From an uncultured Chloroflexia bacterium (lineage in GTDB: Bacteria; Chloroflexota; Ktedonobacteria; Ktedonobacterales; JADMIN01): a stretch of 32,000 nucleotides of DNA. How positions within the stretch are numbered: the first letter of the stretch is position 1; each line of letters begins with the position of its first letter. The notes below the pieces were generated by a model. That model worked only from the letters and a program-made list of their open reading frames with translations, did no database searches and was not told where the DNA came from. Below are positions 8,611-16,971 of this stretch, piece by piece. The position numbers and the translations under genes are program-made. The stretch lies in the NCBI GenBank assembly GCA_963718915.1, contig CAVRAI010000004.1:570001-602000 (forward strand), read 5' to 3'.

Positions 8611-8652
8611 TGTACTGATGGCATGCGGCCTGCTGGTTCGGCCATCAGTACA
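8611..8652. repeat. perfect 12-bp inverted repeat (TGTACTGATGGC - 18 nt - GCCATCAGTACA)
   Basis: Read directly from the sequence. It lies 66 nt after the dnaA stop and abuts the terminator hairpin. Confidence 0.6.
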
Positions 8653-8672
8653 TGGAGGAAGCCTCCATTTTT
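8652..8672 (+). terminator. rho-independent terminator candidate after dnaA
   Basis: ATGGAGG-AAG-CCTCCAT forms a 7-bp stem with a 3-nt loop, followed by TTTT. Confidence 0.5.
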
Positions 8673-8695
8673 AGCGCTACCTAGAAAGTACCTGC

Positions 8696-9514
8696 ATGCC
8701 CGACTACCGGACCTATCTGCTTGACCTCGATGGAGTTGTGTATCGTGGCAATGTGCTGCTCCCCGGCGCGCGTGAGCTCGTCGAGTGGATCGATGCGACG
8801 GGGCGCAAGGCACTCTATCTCTCCAACAACTCCTTCGCCACCCCAGAGGATGTCGCCGCCAAACTGGCGCGGCTTGGCATGCCCCAGCCTGAGGGCCGGG
8901 TCTTTACCGCGGGTCAGGCTGCCGTGCAGGCAATCGCCGAGCGATTTCCCCATGGGCGTGTCTATATGCTGACGGTGCCCGCACTCGATGGGCTGGCAGT
9001 GCGCGCTGGGCTGCGACCTGTCTGGCGCGATGACCTGAATGACGACGTGCCCGACGCGGTGATGGTGGGACTCGATCGCTCGGTCACCTACGAGCGTCTG
9101 AGGCGGGGGCTACGCGCGATTCTCGCGGGCGCGGCGTTTATCGGAGTGAATCGCGACCCGCGCCTGCCCGTGGAAGACGGCTTCGAACCTGGAACCGGGT
9201 CGCTAGTGGCGGCGCTCGAGTATGCCAGCGGCAGGCGCGCAGAGACGATTGGCAAGCCTGCGCCGGGGATTGTGCTGGAGGCGATGCGGCTGCTGGCGGC
9301 CGACCCAGGCTCGACACTCATGATCGGCGATGGGCTGGACCTCGATATCGTCGCGGGACATGCGGCCCAGGTGACGACTGCGCTCGTGTTGACCGGGCTG
9401 ACGAGCCATGAGGAGGCGTTGGCGTCCAGCGGTGAGCGCCGACCTGACATGGTTTTCCCTGACTTACCAATGCTTCTGCAAGCGGCGCAAGCTGGCAGGC
9501 TTTCTCCTGCCTAA
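8696..9514 (+). CDS. HAD-superfamily hydrolase, subfamily IIA (NagD-like sugar/nucleotide phosphatase)
   Basis: 272 aa with motif I LLDLDGVVYRG, LSNNS, KP and the C-terminal MIGDGLDLDI. Confidence 0.85.
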   Translation: MPDYRTYLLDLDGVVYRGNVLLPGARELVEWIDATGRKALYLSNNSFATPEDVAAKLARLGMPQPEGRVFTAGQAAVQAIAERFPHGRVYMLTVPALDGLAVRAGLRPVWRDDLNDDVPDAVMVGLDRSVTYERLRRGLRAILAGAAFIGVNRDPRLPVEDGFEPGTGSLVAALEYASGRRAETIGKPAPGIVLEAMRLLAADPGSTLMIGDGLDLDIVAGHAAQVTTALVLTGLTSHEEALASSGERRPDMVFPDLPMLLQAAQAGRLSPA

Positions 9515-9552
9515 CCTCGCTTGTTTCCAAGAAAACCAAGTCCCATCAATGC

Positions 9553-9582
9553 TTGTCAACATGTTAGCGGCTATGTTAAACT
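9553..9582 (+). promoter_or_regulatory. candidate promoter for hppA (TTGTCA-18 nt-TAAACT)
   Basis: Hexamers found by eye. This implies a 5' leader of about 340 nt. Confidence 0.3.
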
Positions 9583-9931
9583 ATCTCGCAGACTGCGGTC
9601 TGCGCTCTGGGGCATGATGGCGTGGGGAAATAATCCCCCGCAAGCTCCTGGGCTTGACCGGAGAAGATGTCATACTCCTGGAGTCATGTGCTCTTGCACA
9701 TGCGCGTCTGAGACAACCTGCTTCAAACGTGGGCGGATTTCCGCGTTGCTCTGGATGCCCAGGCGCGCGCCTCCGCAGGCCCGCCGACATGTGTTCTGGC
9801 GCATTCGAATTGGCAAACGCTCTTTGTAAAGCGGAATCGATTCGAGCGCGCAACGTATGTGCGGCCCTGCTTAAACGCAGCGCAGCGTTGTCTAAGCAGT
9901 GATACGGTTCATGAGGAGGATAGAAGCACTC

Positions 9932-12175
9932 GTGGGTAACAATACCTTATGGTGGCTGGCGGTTCCGATTGTGGCGAGTGTCGTCGCGATTGCGTTCGCC
10001 GCATATCTGGCGCGCTGGGTGCTGGCGAATGACACCGGCACGGAAAAGATGCGTGAAGTCTCCGACGCTATCTTCGACGGCGCTCAGGCTTTTTTACGCC
10101 GCCAATATCGCACTATCGCGATTCTTGCTGTGGTCGCGGCCGTCGTCATCGGACTTCTCCTGGCATTTTTGACCAATCTGAGCGGTGGCGAAGTCGCTGG
10201 TCTGCCTGCGAGTCAGTTCGCATTGCGTGCGGCAGTCTCCTTCCTCTTTGGCGCACTCTGCTCTGGTGTCGCGGGATACATCGGCATGAATGTCGCCGTG
10301 CGCTCGAATATTCGCGTCGCCAGTGCGGCGCAGCGTGGCGTGGGTGACGCTTTGCTTGTCTCCTTCCGGGGCGGTGCGGTGACAGGGTTCCTGGTTATCG
10401 CGCTTAGCCTGCTCGGTGTTACCCTTGTCTATATCGTCTTCGGCGCGCTCTCTGGCGGCGACGCCGCAATTGCGACGCCCACCAGTATTGTTGGTTTCGG
10501 CTTCGGCGCCAGCTTCGTTGCGCTCTTTGCTCAGTTAGGCGGCGGCATCTACACCAAAGCGGCGGACGTGGGCGCTGACCTCGTCGGTAAGGTTGAGGCG
10601 GGTATCCCGGAGGACGATCCACGAAACCCCGCCGTGATCGCCGATCTGGTGGGCGACAACGTTGGCGACTGCGCGGGTCGTGGCGCCGATATCTTCGAGT
10701 CCACTGCCGCTGAGAACATCGGCGCGATGATCCTGGGCGCCTCCGTTGCCTTGTTTCTTGCCCACAATGTCGCGGAGAATGCGAATCCCGCTTGGGTTGT
10801 CTTTCCGCTGGTTGTCGTCGGCCTGGGCATCATCTGCTCGCTGATTGGCGTGCTGGTCGTGCGGAAGAGTCAGTCGATGGAGGCGGGACGCACTGGTGGA
10901 CGTGATCCGGGCGATATCGCAATGGGCAAGATGAATCAGGGCTACTATGTGACGTCGATCCTCTCCGCGATTGGCATCTTCGTCCTGGCCGCGCTGCTGC
11001 TTGGTAACGCAACTGACCACTGGTGGGTGCTGGGCCTCTGCGGATTGGTCGGCATCGTGACCAGTTTCGCCTTTGTGTTCATCACACAGTATTACACCGC
11101 TGGCTCTTTCCGTCCGGTACGTGAGATTGCGGAGGCCAGCAAGACTGGCCCGGCAACAACGATGATCGCTGGATTGGCAGTCGGTTTTGAGAATACCGCG
11201 CCATTTGTCCTCGTCATCAGTGGCGCCATCGGCCTCGCCTACTACCTCGGCTCGCTGATTCCGAATATGGGGCATGTTGCAAGCGGCCTTATCAGCATCG
11301 GCGGTATCTACGGCACCGCTGTCGCCACGATGGGCATGCTGATGAGCGCGGGCTATATCCTTGCGATGGACTCGTTCGGGCCGATTACCGACAATGCGGG
11401 CGGCATCGTTGAGATGAGCGGCGCGCCAGACTCCGTGCGCAACATCACCGACGCGCTTGACGGCGTTGGCAATACCACTAAGGCACTGACCAAGGGCTAT
11501 GGCATTGGCTCGGCGGCGTTGGCGGCCTTCCTGCTTTTCAGCGCGTATCTCGATATCCTCGCGCAAAACAACGTTCAGGGCGCCTATCTTGTCAATCTTG
11601 CGAACCCGCCGATCTTTATCGCCGCGATGATTGGCGCGATGCTGATCTTCCTCTTTAGCTCGCTCGCGATTCGTGCGGTTGGTCGCGCCGCTCAGGGCAT
11701 GATCGAGGAGGTGCGGCGACAGTTCCGGGAGGATCCCGGTATCATGGCAGGCACGTCCAAGCCTGACTATGCGCGTTGTGTCTCCATCAGTACTGGCGCC
11801 GCGCTGCGAGAGATGGTGTTACCCGGTATCCTGGTCGTTGGCACGCCAATCCTCATCGGCGTTATCCTTGGGCCGCTGGCCGCGGCTGGTCTGCTGATGG
11901 TTGGCACGATTGGCGGCATCATGATGGCGCTGGTCATGAACAATGGCGGTGGCGCCTGGGACAATGCCAAGAAGTATATCGAGGCAGGCAACCTCAAAGA
12001 CGATAAGGGCAATGTGCTGGGCAAGCGCTCTCCTGCGCATGAGGCGGCGGTTGTGGGCGACACGGTGGGTGATCCCTTCAAAGATACCGCAGGCCCGTCG
12101 CTGCACATCGTTATCAAGCTGCTGAGCACGATTACACTGGTGCTGGCTCCGCTCTTCATCGCTCTGCACAGGTAG
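9932..12175 (+). CDS. hppA: membrane-bound H+-translocating pyrophosphatase, K+-independent type
   Basis: Multi-TM protein with DVGADLVGKVE, GDNVGDCAGRGADIFES, DNAGGI and DTVGDPFKDT motifs. GNTTKA (Lys rather than Ala) is the known K+-independence signature. Start set at GTG 9932, with GAGGAGGA 11 nt upstream. The track start at 9899 lies inside a hairpin and has no SD. Confidence 0.93.
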   Translation: MGNNTLWWLAVPIVASVVAIAFAAYLARWVLANDTGTEKMREVSDAIFDGAQAFLRRQYRTIAILAVVAAVVIGLLLAFLTNLSGGEVAGLPASQFALRAAVSFLFGALCSGVAGYIGMNVAVRSNIRVASAAQRGVGDALLVSFRGGAVTGFLVIALSLLGVTLVYIVFGALSGGDAAIATPTSIVGFGFGASFVALFAQLGGGIYTKAADVGADLVGKVEAGIPEDDPRNPAVIADLVGDNVGDCAGRGADIFESTAAENIGAMILGASVALFLAHNVAENANPAWVVFPLVVVGLGIICSLIGVLVVRKSQSMEAGRTGGRDPGDIAMGKMNQGYYVTSILSAIGIFVLAALLLGNATDHWWVLGLCGLVGIVTSFAFVFITQYYTAGSFRPVREIAEASKTGPATTMIAGLAVGFENTAPFVLVISGAIGLAYYLGSLIPNMGHVASGLISIGGIYGTAVATMGMLMSAGYILAMDSFGPITDNAGGIVEMSGAPDSVRNITDALDGVGNTTKALTKGYGIGSAALAAFLLFSAYLDILAQNNVQGAYLVNLANPPIFIAAMIGAMLIFLFSSLAIRAVGRAAQGMIEEVRRQFREDPGIMAGTSKPDYARCVSISTGAALREMVLPGILVVGTPILIGVILGPLAAAGLLMVGTIGGIMMALVMNNGGGAWDNAKKYIEAGNLKDDKGNVLGKRSPAHEAAVVGDTVGDPFKDTAGPSLHIVIKLLSTITLVLAPLFIALHR

Positions 12176-12204
12176 CGGTATCGGGCGGTTTCAGTGCGAA
12201 ACTG

Positions 12205-12256
12205 ACTGCGGCTGGCTCTGGCGCGTCCCGCCGGGTTGGCCGCAGTTGTGTTTTGT
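12205..12256 (+). terminator. terminator candidate after hppA
   Basis: An 8-bp stem (ACTGCGGC ... GCCGCAGT) encloses a GC-rich 26-nt loop and is followed by TGTGTTTTGT. Confidence 0.4.
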
Positions 12257-12282
12257 CTCATATGCGCCAGGAGGCAAAGTCG

Positions 12283-13362
12283 ATGGGGCGCCGCAGTGGC
12301 CGACATATCCTCTGGCTGGCGTTATTGTCGCTAGCCCTTGTGCTTGCTGTGATCGTCGGCCTTCGAACTCTATTGCCTGCCTTCCACCCTGGCGGTACAT
12401 CAGCCGCTACGCATCACCCCACGCCGTGCGTGGGCGAGAGTTGCGCGCTGGGAGCGGGTGTGCGAGGTGTGCAGCTTTTTGTCGAGCCAGATGCGGGCAC
12501 AAAGCCCGTGACTAGCGCCATCGCGGCGGCCACCCATTCGGTCTGGGTCGAGGTGTATCTGCTCACCGATACGCCGGTGATCGCGGCTTTGGAAGACGCG
12601 AGACAGCGTGGCGTTGACGTGCGGGTCATGCTGGAGGAGCATCCGTATGGCTTCGATGTTGTCTCGCCACAGCGAACGCTCCAGACGCTTACCACAGCTG
12701 GGATTCAGGCAAAGTTTGCCGATACGGCGTATACCTACACTCACGCCAAGATGCTCATTATTGATGAGGCGACACTCTACATCCTCACTGCCAATCTGTC
12801 GCAGAGCGGGCTGGGTGGCAGCAGTCTGGGACGGAATCGCGAGTTCGGCGTCATCGATACGCATGGCGAGGATGTAGCCGAGGCGGCGGCTATCTTCCAG
12901 GCAGACTGGAATCGCACGCGGCCTGTGTTGCATGATCCTAACATGGTTGTCAGTCCGGTGAACTCACGGACGAAGGTTACGGCATTGATCGCGAGTGCGC
13001 AGACCTCGCTGCTGATTGAAGACGAGGAGATGTATGATGTTTCATCGGAGGATGCGCTGATCGCTGCGGCGCGGCGTGGGGTCAGCGTGCGGTTGATACT
13101 GCCCGGTGCGACGGATATCGAGGCGGCGGATGTCGTGCGGCTGAAGGCTGGCGGCGTGCAGCTTGTCTATGTGTCCGCGCCGTACATTCACGCCAAGGTG
13201 ATCGTCGCCGATGGGCGTCTAGCCTTCGTCGGCTCAGAAAACTTCTCGTCCACCTCGCTGGATGAGAACCGCGAAGTCGGGCTACTGCTGGCCGATACGA
13301 TGGCGCTGGCGACGATCACGACGACGTTCGAGCGCGACTGGGCGGTTGGTGAACCAGCCTGA
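12283..13362 (+). CDS. phospholipase D / cardiolipin-synthase-like protein with two HKD motifs and an N-terminal TM anchor
   Basis: HAKMLIID...N and HAKVIVAD...GSENFS form the duplicated HxKxxxxD motif. The N-terminal hydrophobic segment is ILWLALLSLALVLAVIVGL. Start at ATG 12283 with AGGAGG 8 nt upstream. An alternative ATG at 12253 has no SD. Confidence 0.85.
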   Translation: MGRRSGRHILWLALLSLALVLAVIVGLRTLLPAFHPGGTSAATHHPTPCVGESCALGAGVRGVQLFVEPDAGTKPVTSAIAAATHSVWVEVYLLTDTPVIAALEDARQRGVDVRVMLEEHPYGFDVVSPQRTLQTLTTAGIQAKFADTAYTYTHAKMLIIDEATLYILTANLSQSGLGGSSLGRNREFGVIDTHGEDVAEAAAIFQADWNRTRPVLHDPNMVVSPVNSRTKVTALIASAQTSLLIEDEEMYDVSSEDALIAAARRGVSVRLILPGATDIEAADVVRLKAGGVQLVYVSAPYIHAKVIVADGRLAFVGSENFSSTSLDENREVGLLLADTMALATITTTFERDWAVGEPA

Positions 13363-13384
13363 GATTTCAAAGGAGAAATGGACA

Positions 13385-13678
13385 ATGGTGACGGAGATTG
13401 CGCGTTTTCGGGCGCAGCCAGGCAAAGCGGAAGACCTGGCGAACGGACTTATCAAAGGCGCGGCAGTCATCAAGACCTCCGAGGGCTGCCAATCGATCAA
13501 GGTCAGCCGCTGCATAGAAGATGACCAGCTCTTCCTCTTTCAGATCGAGTGGGTCTCGCTCGAATACCATGTTGATGTCTTCCGCGGCAGCCCGCTCTTC
13601 GCCGAGTATCGCAGCCACATCAATGGCCTCTTCGTCGAGCCGGTGGATGTCAACCACTTCGAGGCGATCTCGCATTAG
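13385..13678 (+). CDS. antibiotic-biosynthesis-monooxygenase (ABM/Dabb) domain protein
   Basis: 97 aa starting MVTEIARFRAQPGKAEDL...LFLFQIEWVSLEYHVDVFRGSPLFAEYR, typical of the ferredoxin-like ABM fold. AAGGAGA lies 8 nt upstream. The track ORF start at 13262 overlaps the PLD gene. Confidence 0.75.
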   Translation: MVTEIARFRAQPGKAEDLANGLIKGAAVIKTSEGCQSIKVSRCIEDDQLFLFQIEWVSLEYHVDVFRGSPLFAEYRSHINGLFVEPVDVNHFEAISH

Positions 13679-13727
13679 GCGGTCAGGAGAACGAGCTGCC
13701 AATCCGTCTCTGTAAATAGGACTCTTG

Positions 13728-15281
13728 CTAGAGCGGAATATTGCCGTGCTTCTTGGGCGGATTGGTATCGCGCTTGTTCTTCAGCATGTCGAGCGCGACG
13801 ATAATCTTCTCGCGCGTGTGGCGCGGCTCGATCACCTCGTCTACGTAGCCACGGGCGGCGGCGATATAAGGGTTGGCGAACTTCTCTTGGTACTCGGCGA
13901 CCAACTCCCGTCGTCTGGCTTCCGGATCGGCGGCATGCGCTATCTCATCTTTGAAGATGATATTGACCGCGCCATCCACACCCATGACCGCAATCTCGGC
14001 GGTCGGCCAGGCGTAGTTGATGTCGCCGCGCACATGTTTGCTGCTCATCACATCATAGGCGCCGCCGTAGGCTTTGCGCGTGATGACCGTCACCTTCGGC
14101 ACGGTTGCCTCGCAGTAGGCGAAGAGCAGTTTGGCCCCATGGCGAATGATGCCTCCGTGCTCCTGTTTGATGCCCGGCAGGAAGCCCGGAACATCCTCGA
14201 ACGTGACGATGGGGATATTGAAGCAGTCGCAGAAGCGAACGAACCGCGCGCCCTTATCCGACGAGTCGATATCGAGCACGCCTGCCAGCACAGCGGGCTG
14301 CTGGGCGACGATGCCGACGGGACGGCCATTCATGCGGGCGAAGCCGACGATGATGTTGCGCGCCCACTGCGCGTGGACCTCGAAGAAACTGCCGCGGTCC
14401 ACCACCGCCTCGATTACCAGCTTCATGTCATATGGCTTATTGGGATTGTCAGGGATGATCTCATCCAGCGCTTCCTCGGCGCGTGTGATACTGTCGGTGG
14501 TCGCTTCGGTGGGTGGGTCATCCACGTTATTGGCAGGCAGGTAGCTCATCAGCGTGCGTATCTGGCGCAGGCACTCGACCTCGGTCGGCACAGAGAAGTG
14601 TGAGACACCGCTCGTGCCGCTGTGGATCGTCGCGCCGCCCAGTTCGTCAAAGGTGACATCCTCGTGCGTGACCGTCTTGACGACATTCGGCCCGGTCAGG
14701 AACATGTGACTCGTTCCCTCGACCATGAAGATGAAATCGGTGATGGCAGGCGAATAGACCGCGCCGCCAGCGCATGGCCCCATGATCGCCGAGATTTGCG
14801 GGATGACACCGCTGGCGAGCGTGTTGCGCAGGAAGATATCCGCGTACGCCCCCAGGCTGACCACGCCCTCCTGGATGCGCGCGCCGCCGGAGTCATTGAG
14901 GCCGATAACTGGCGCGCCGTTCTTCATCGCCAGATCCATAATCTTGCAGATTTTCTCAGCATGCGCCTCTGAGAGTGAGCCACCGAAGACGGTGAAATCC
15001 TGCGAGAAGACGTAGACCAGTCGCCCATCGATTTTACCGTAGCCCGTCACGACACCATCGCCGAGTACCTTCTGATCGGCTAAGCCGAAGTCGCTTGTGC
15101 GATGGGTGGCGAACATGTCGGTTTCCTGGAAAGTACCGGGATCGAGCAAAAGATCGAGCCGTTCGCGTGCGGTCAGCTTGCCTTTGCGGTGCTGCACGGC
15201 GATGCGCTCCTCGCCTCCGCCAAGCCGAGCCTGCTCTTTCAGCGCTCGAAGCTCTTCCAGTTTCTGTTTCGTCGTCTTCAT
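13728..15281 (-). CDS. pccB: propionyl-CoA carboxylase beta chain / methylmalonyl-CoA carboxyltransferase
   Basis: 517 aa from [12 protein letters not shown]...[31 protein letters not shown], with the carboxyltransferase domain throughout. Start at ATG 15281 with GAGGAG upstream. The 616-aa track ORF start would overlap mce. Confidence 0.92.
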   Translation of the reverse strand: MKTTKQKLEELRALKEQARLGGGEERIAVQHRKGKLTARERLDLLLDPGTFQETDMFATHRTSDFGLADQKVLGDGVVTGYGKIDGRLVYVFSQDFTVFGGSLSEAHAEKICKIMDLAMKNGAPVIGLNDSGGARIQEGVVSLGAYADIFLRNTLASGVIPQISAIMGPCAGGAVYSPAITDFIFMVEGTSHMFLTGPNVVKTVTHEDVTFDELGGATIHSGTSGVSHFSVPTEVECLRQIRTLMSYLPANNVDDPPTEATTDSITRAEEALDEIIPDNPNKPYDMKLVIEAVVDRGSFFEVHAQWARNIIVGFARMNGRPVGIVAQQPAVLAGVLDIDSSDKGARFVRFCDCFNIPIVTFEDVPGFLPGIKQEHGGIIRHGAKLLFAYCEATVPKVTVITRKAYGGAYDVMSSKHVRGDINYAWPTAEIAVMGVDGAVNIIFKDEIAHAADPEARRRELVAEYQEKFANPYIAAARGYVDEVIEPRHTREKIIVALDMLKNKRDTNPPKKHGNIPL

Positions 15282-15336
15282 GGATAAGTACGGCTCCTCG
15301 ATCAGGGTAGATAATTTCAAAATGAGCTCTCGGCTG

Positions 15337-15789
15337 CTATTGCGCCTCGGTCGGCTCGTCGCCTGACGTAGCTGTCCGCTGTACAAGTTCCAGCAGCACG
15401 CCGCCCGTCCCTTTGGGATGCAGGAAGATGCCCCGGCCCTCAGCGGTTGGGCGCGGCGTCTCGTCGAGCGCCTGCGCCCCAGCGGAGAGAAGTTCCGCCA
15501 GCGCGCGGTCGATATCAGGCACCTCCAGACAGATGTGATGTAATCCGCCGCCACGTTGCTCCAGGAAGCGGGCGACACTGCCTTCGTGATTCATCGGCTC
15601 GAGCAGTTCGATTTCACTTCCATTCGCGCCTCCGAGCGGAAGAAATGCTATACGCACACCTTCCTGAGGGAAGTCGAGCACACGTGACGGCATGATACCG
15701 AGCAAATCTCGGTAAAATCGGAGTGCGGTATCCAGGTCGCTTACGACCACAGCAACATGGTCGATGCGCTTCACGCCCTCGGAGAGCAT
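15337..15789 (-). CDS. mce: methylmalonyl-CoA epimerase (VOC/glyoxalase fold)
   Basis: 150 aa with [24 protein letters not shown]...[13 protein letters not shown]. It lies immediately upstream of pccB on the same strand. AGGGAG SD is present. Confidence 0.88.
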   Translation of the reverse strand: MLSEGVKRIDHVAVVVSDLDTALRFYRDLLGIMPSRVLDFPQEGVRIAFLPLGGANGSEIELLEPMNHEGSVARFLEQRGGGLHHICLEVPDIDRALAELLSAGAQALDETPRPTAEGRGIFLHPKGTGGVLLELVQRTATSGDEPTEAQ

Positions 15790-15850
15790 CGGTGTGGTCT
15801 CCCTTTCAAATCAGGTTTCATGTGTTCGTTGGAAGATCCTGGCCCGGTGT

Positions 15851-15875
15851 GGAACATCTCATGCGGAGATATTCC
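15851..15875. promoter_or_regulatory. near-perfect palindrome GGAACATCTC-ATGCG-GAGATATTCC (possible operator)
   Basis: The 10-bp arms match at 9 of 10 positions. It sits in the divergent intergenic region between mce-pccB and the DUF72 gene. Confidence 0.3.
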
Positions 15876-16025
15876 TCATCACCGCCACGCTGGCGCTAGT
15901 GGTGTGTGCTGAGATGATACATCACAAACAACCTGACATGCCCTTACAGCTCTCACAACGCTATCAGGCTGCTCCGTCTTGTAGTGCGTGGGCGCCGGGC
16001 GCGGACAGCAGAGAGGAGTAGTGAG

Positions 16026-16955
16026 ATGACAGCGCGTATTCGTGTTGGCACGGCAAGCTGGACCGATCATGAGCCGTTCTATCCGCCGGAATACAACAGG
16101 GCTGACAGAAAAGCCTATCGAATCAGCTACTATGCGCGATTCTTCTCGCTGGTCGAGGTTGATTCGACGTTTTACAGGCTGCAGCCCGCGCGAAACTTCA
16201 CGATGTGGGCCGACCGCACGCCTGATGACTTCGTTTTTAACGTCAAGGCCTATGGCGAGCTCACCTGGCATCATCGCGACGACGCGAAAGAGGTTATCAC
16301 GCCCGCCGCGGAGACGTTCGCGCAGTTCAGCGAGATGATCGAGCCGTTGCGCAAAGCAGGCAAGCTCGGCGCGCTGCTCTTCCAGTTCCCACCGTGGTTT
16401 ACATTCGGACCGGAGCAGATGGAGTACCTGGGCACGGTGCGCGAGATGTTGCCGGATGAGACCATCGCGGTCGAGTTTCGTCACCGCTCGTGGGTCGAGG
16501 GCGCCAACGCGCAGGAGACGAAGGCTGTTCTTGCCGACGCGCGTCTGGCCTTCGTGGCTGTGGATGAGCCGCAGGTTGGCAGCGGATCTATGCCGCCAAT
16601 CGTGATGCTCACCGATCCCCATTTCTCGATGGTGCGGTTTCACGGGCGAAATCGTGTGATGTGGTATGGCAAGAACTTGAAGAGCAGCCGTGATCGCTTC
16701 GATTATCTCTATACCCGCGACGAACTAACGCCCTGGGCTGACCGTATCCAGCGCATAGCCGAGGCGCTACAGGGCAGCGAGGTTCATGTCATAACCAACA
16801 ACAACGCCTCGAACTACAGCATCGCCAATGCCTTTGATATGCAGGAACTACTGGGGCTGGCTGTCGCAGGGGGCGAGGTGATTCCTGAGTCAGTCGCGGA
16901 GACCCTCGCTGCACGCGCGGCAGCGGTGGATGATTCATCCGACGAGGAGGAATAG
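16026..16955 (+). CDS. DUF72 (UPF0759) family protein
   Basis: RIRVGTASWTDHEPFYPPEY...YYARFFSLVEVDSTFYRLQ...FRHRSW is characteristic of DUF72. Start at ATG 16026 with GAGAGGAG upstream. The protein ends in an acidic tail. Confidence 0.85.
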   Translation: MTARIRVGTASWTDHEPFYPPEYNRADRKAYRISYYARFFSLVEVDSTFYRLQPARNFTMWADRTPDDFVFNVKAYGELTWHHRDDAKEVITPAAETFAQFSEMIEPLRKAGKLGALLFQFPPWFTFGPEQMEYLGTVREMLPDETIAVEFRHRSWVEGANAQETKAVLADARLAFVAVDEPQVGSGSMPPIVMLTDPHFSMVRFHGRNRVMWYGKNLKSSRDRFDYLYTRDELTPWADRIQRIAEALQGSEVHVITNNNASNYSIANAFDMQELLGLAVAGGEVIPESVAETLAARAAAVDDSSDEEE

Positions 16956-16971
16956 CTCCTTGTCGTCATCC

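Noticed and set aside
9800-9866. Resemblance of GGCAAAC...GCGCAACG in the hppA leader to the c-di-GMP-I (GEMM) riboswitch core. M-box and ydaO-like strings were also considered.
   Set aside because: Only short fragments match. The flanking helices and the conserved ACGCAAAGC, GNRA-tetraloop/receptor arrangement (GEMM), GUUAGGUGAGGC (M-box) and pseudo-symmetric ydaO cores are absent.
13728-15578. A 616-aa version of the carboxyltransferase starting at 15578, and analogous long N-terminal extensions of other track ORFs (2983 for yacP, 13262 for the ABM protein, 15984 for DUF72, 22453 for the synthase, 24237 for E1alpha).
   Set aside because: The extensions overlap the upstream gene or lack family similarity. 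In each case an internal ATG with a proper Shine-Dalgarno coincides with the start of homology.
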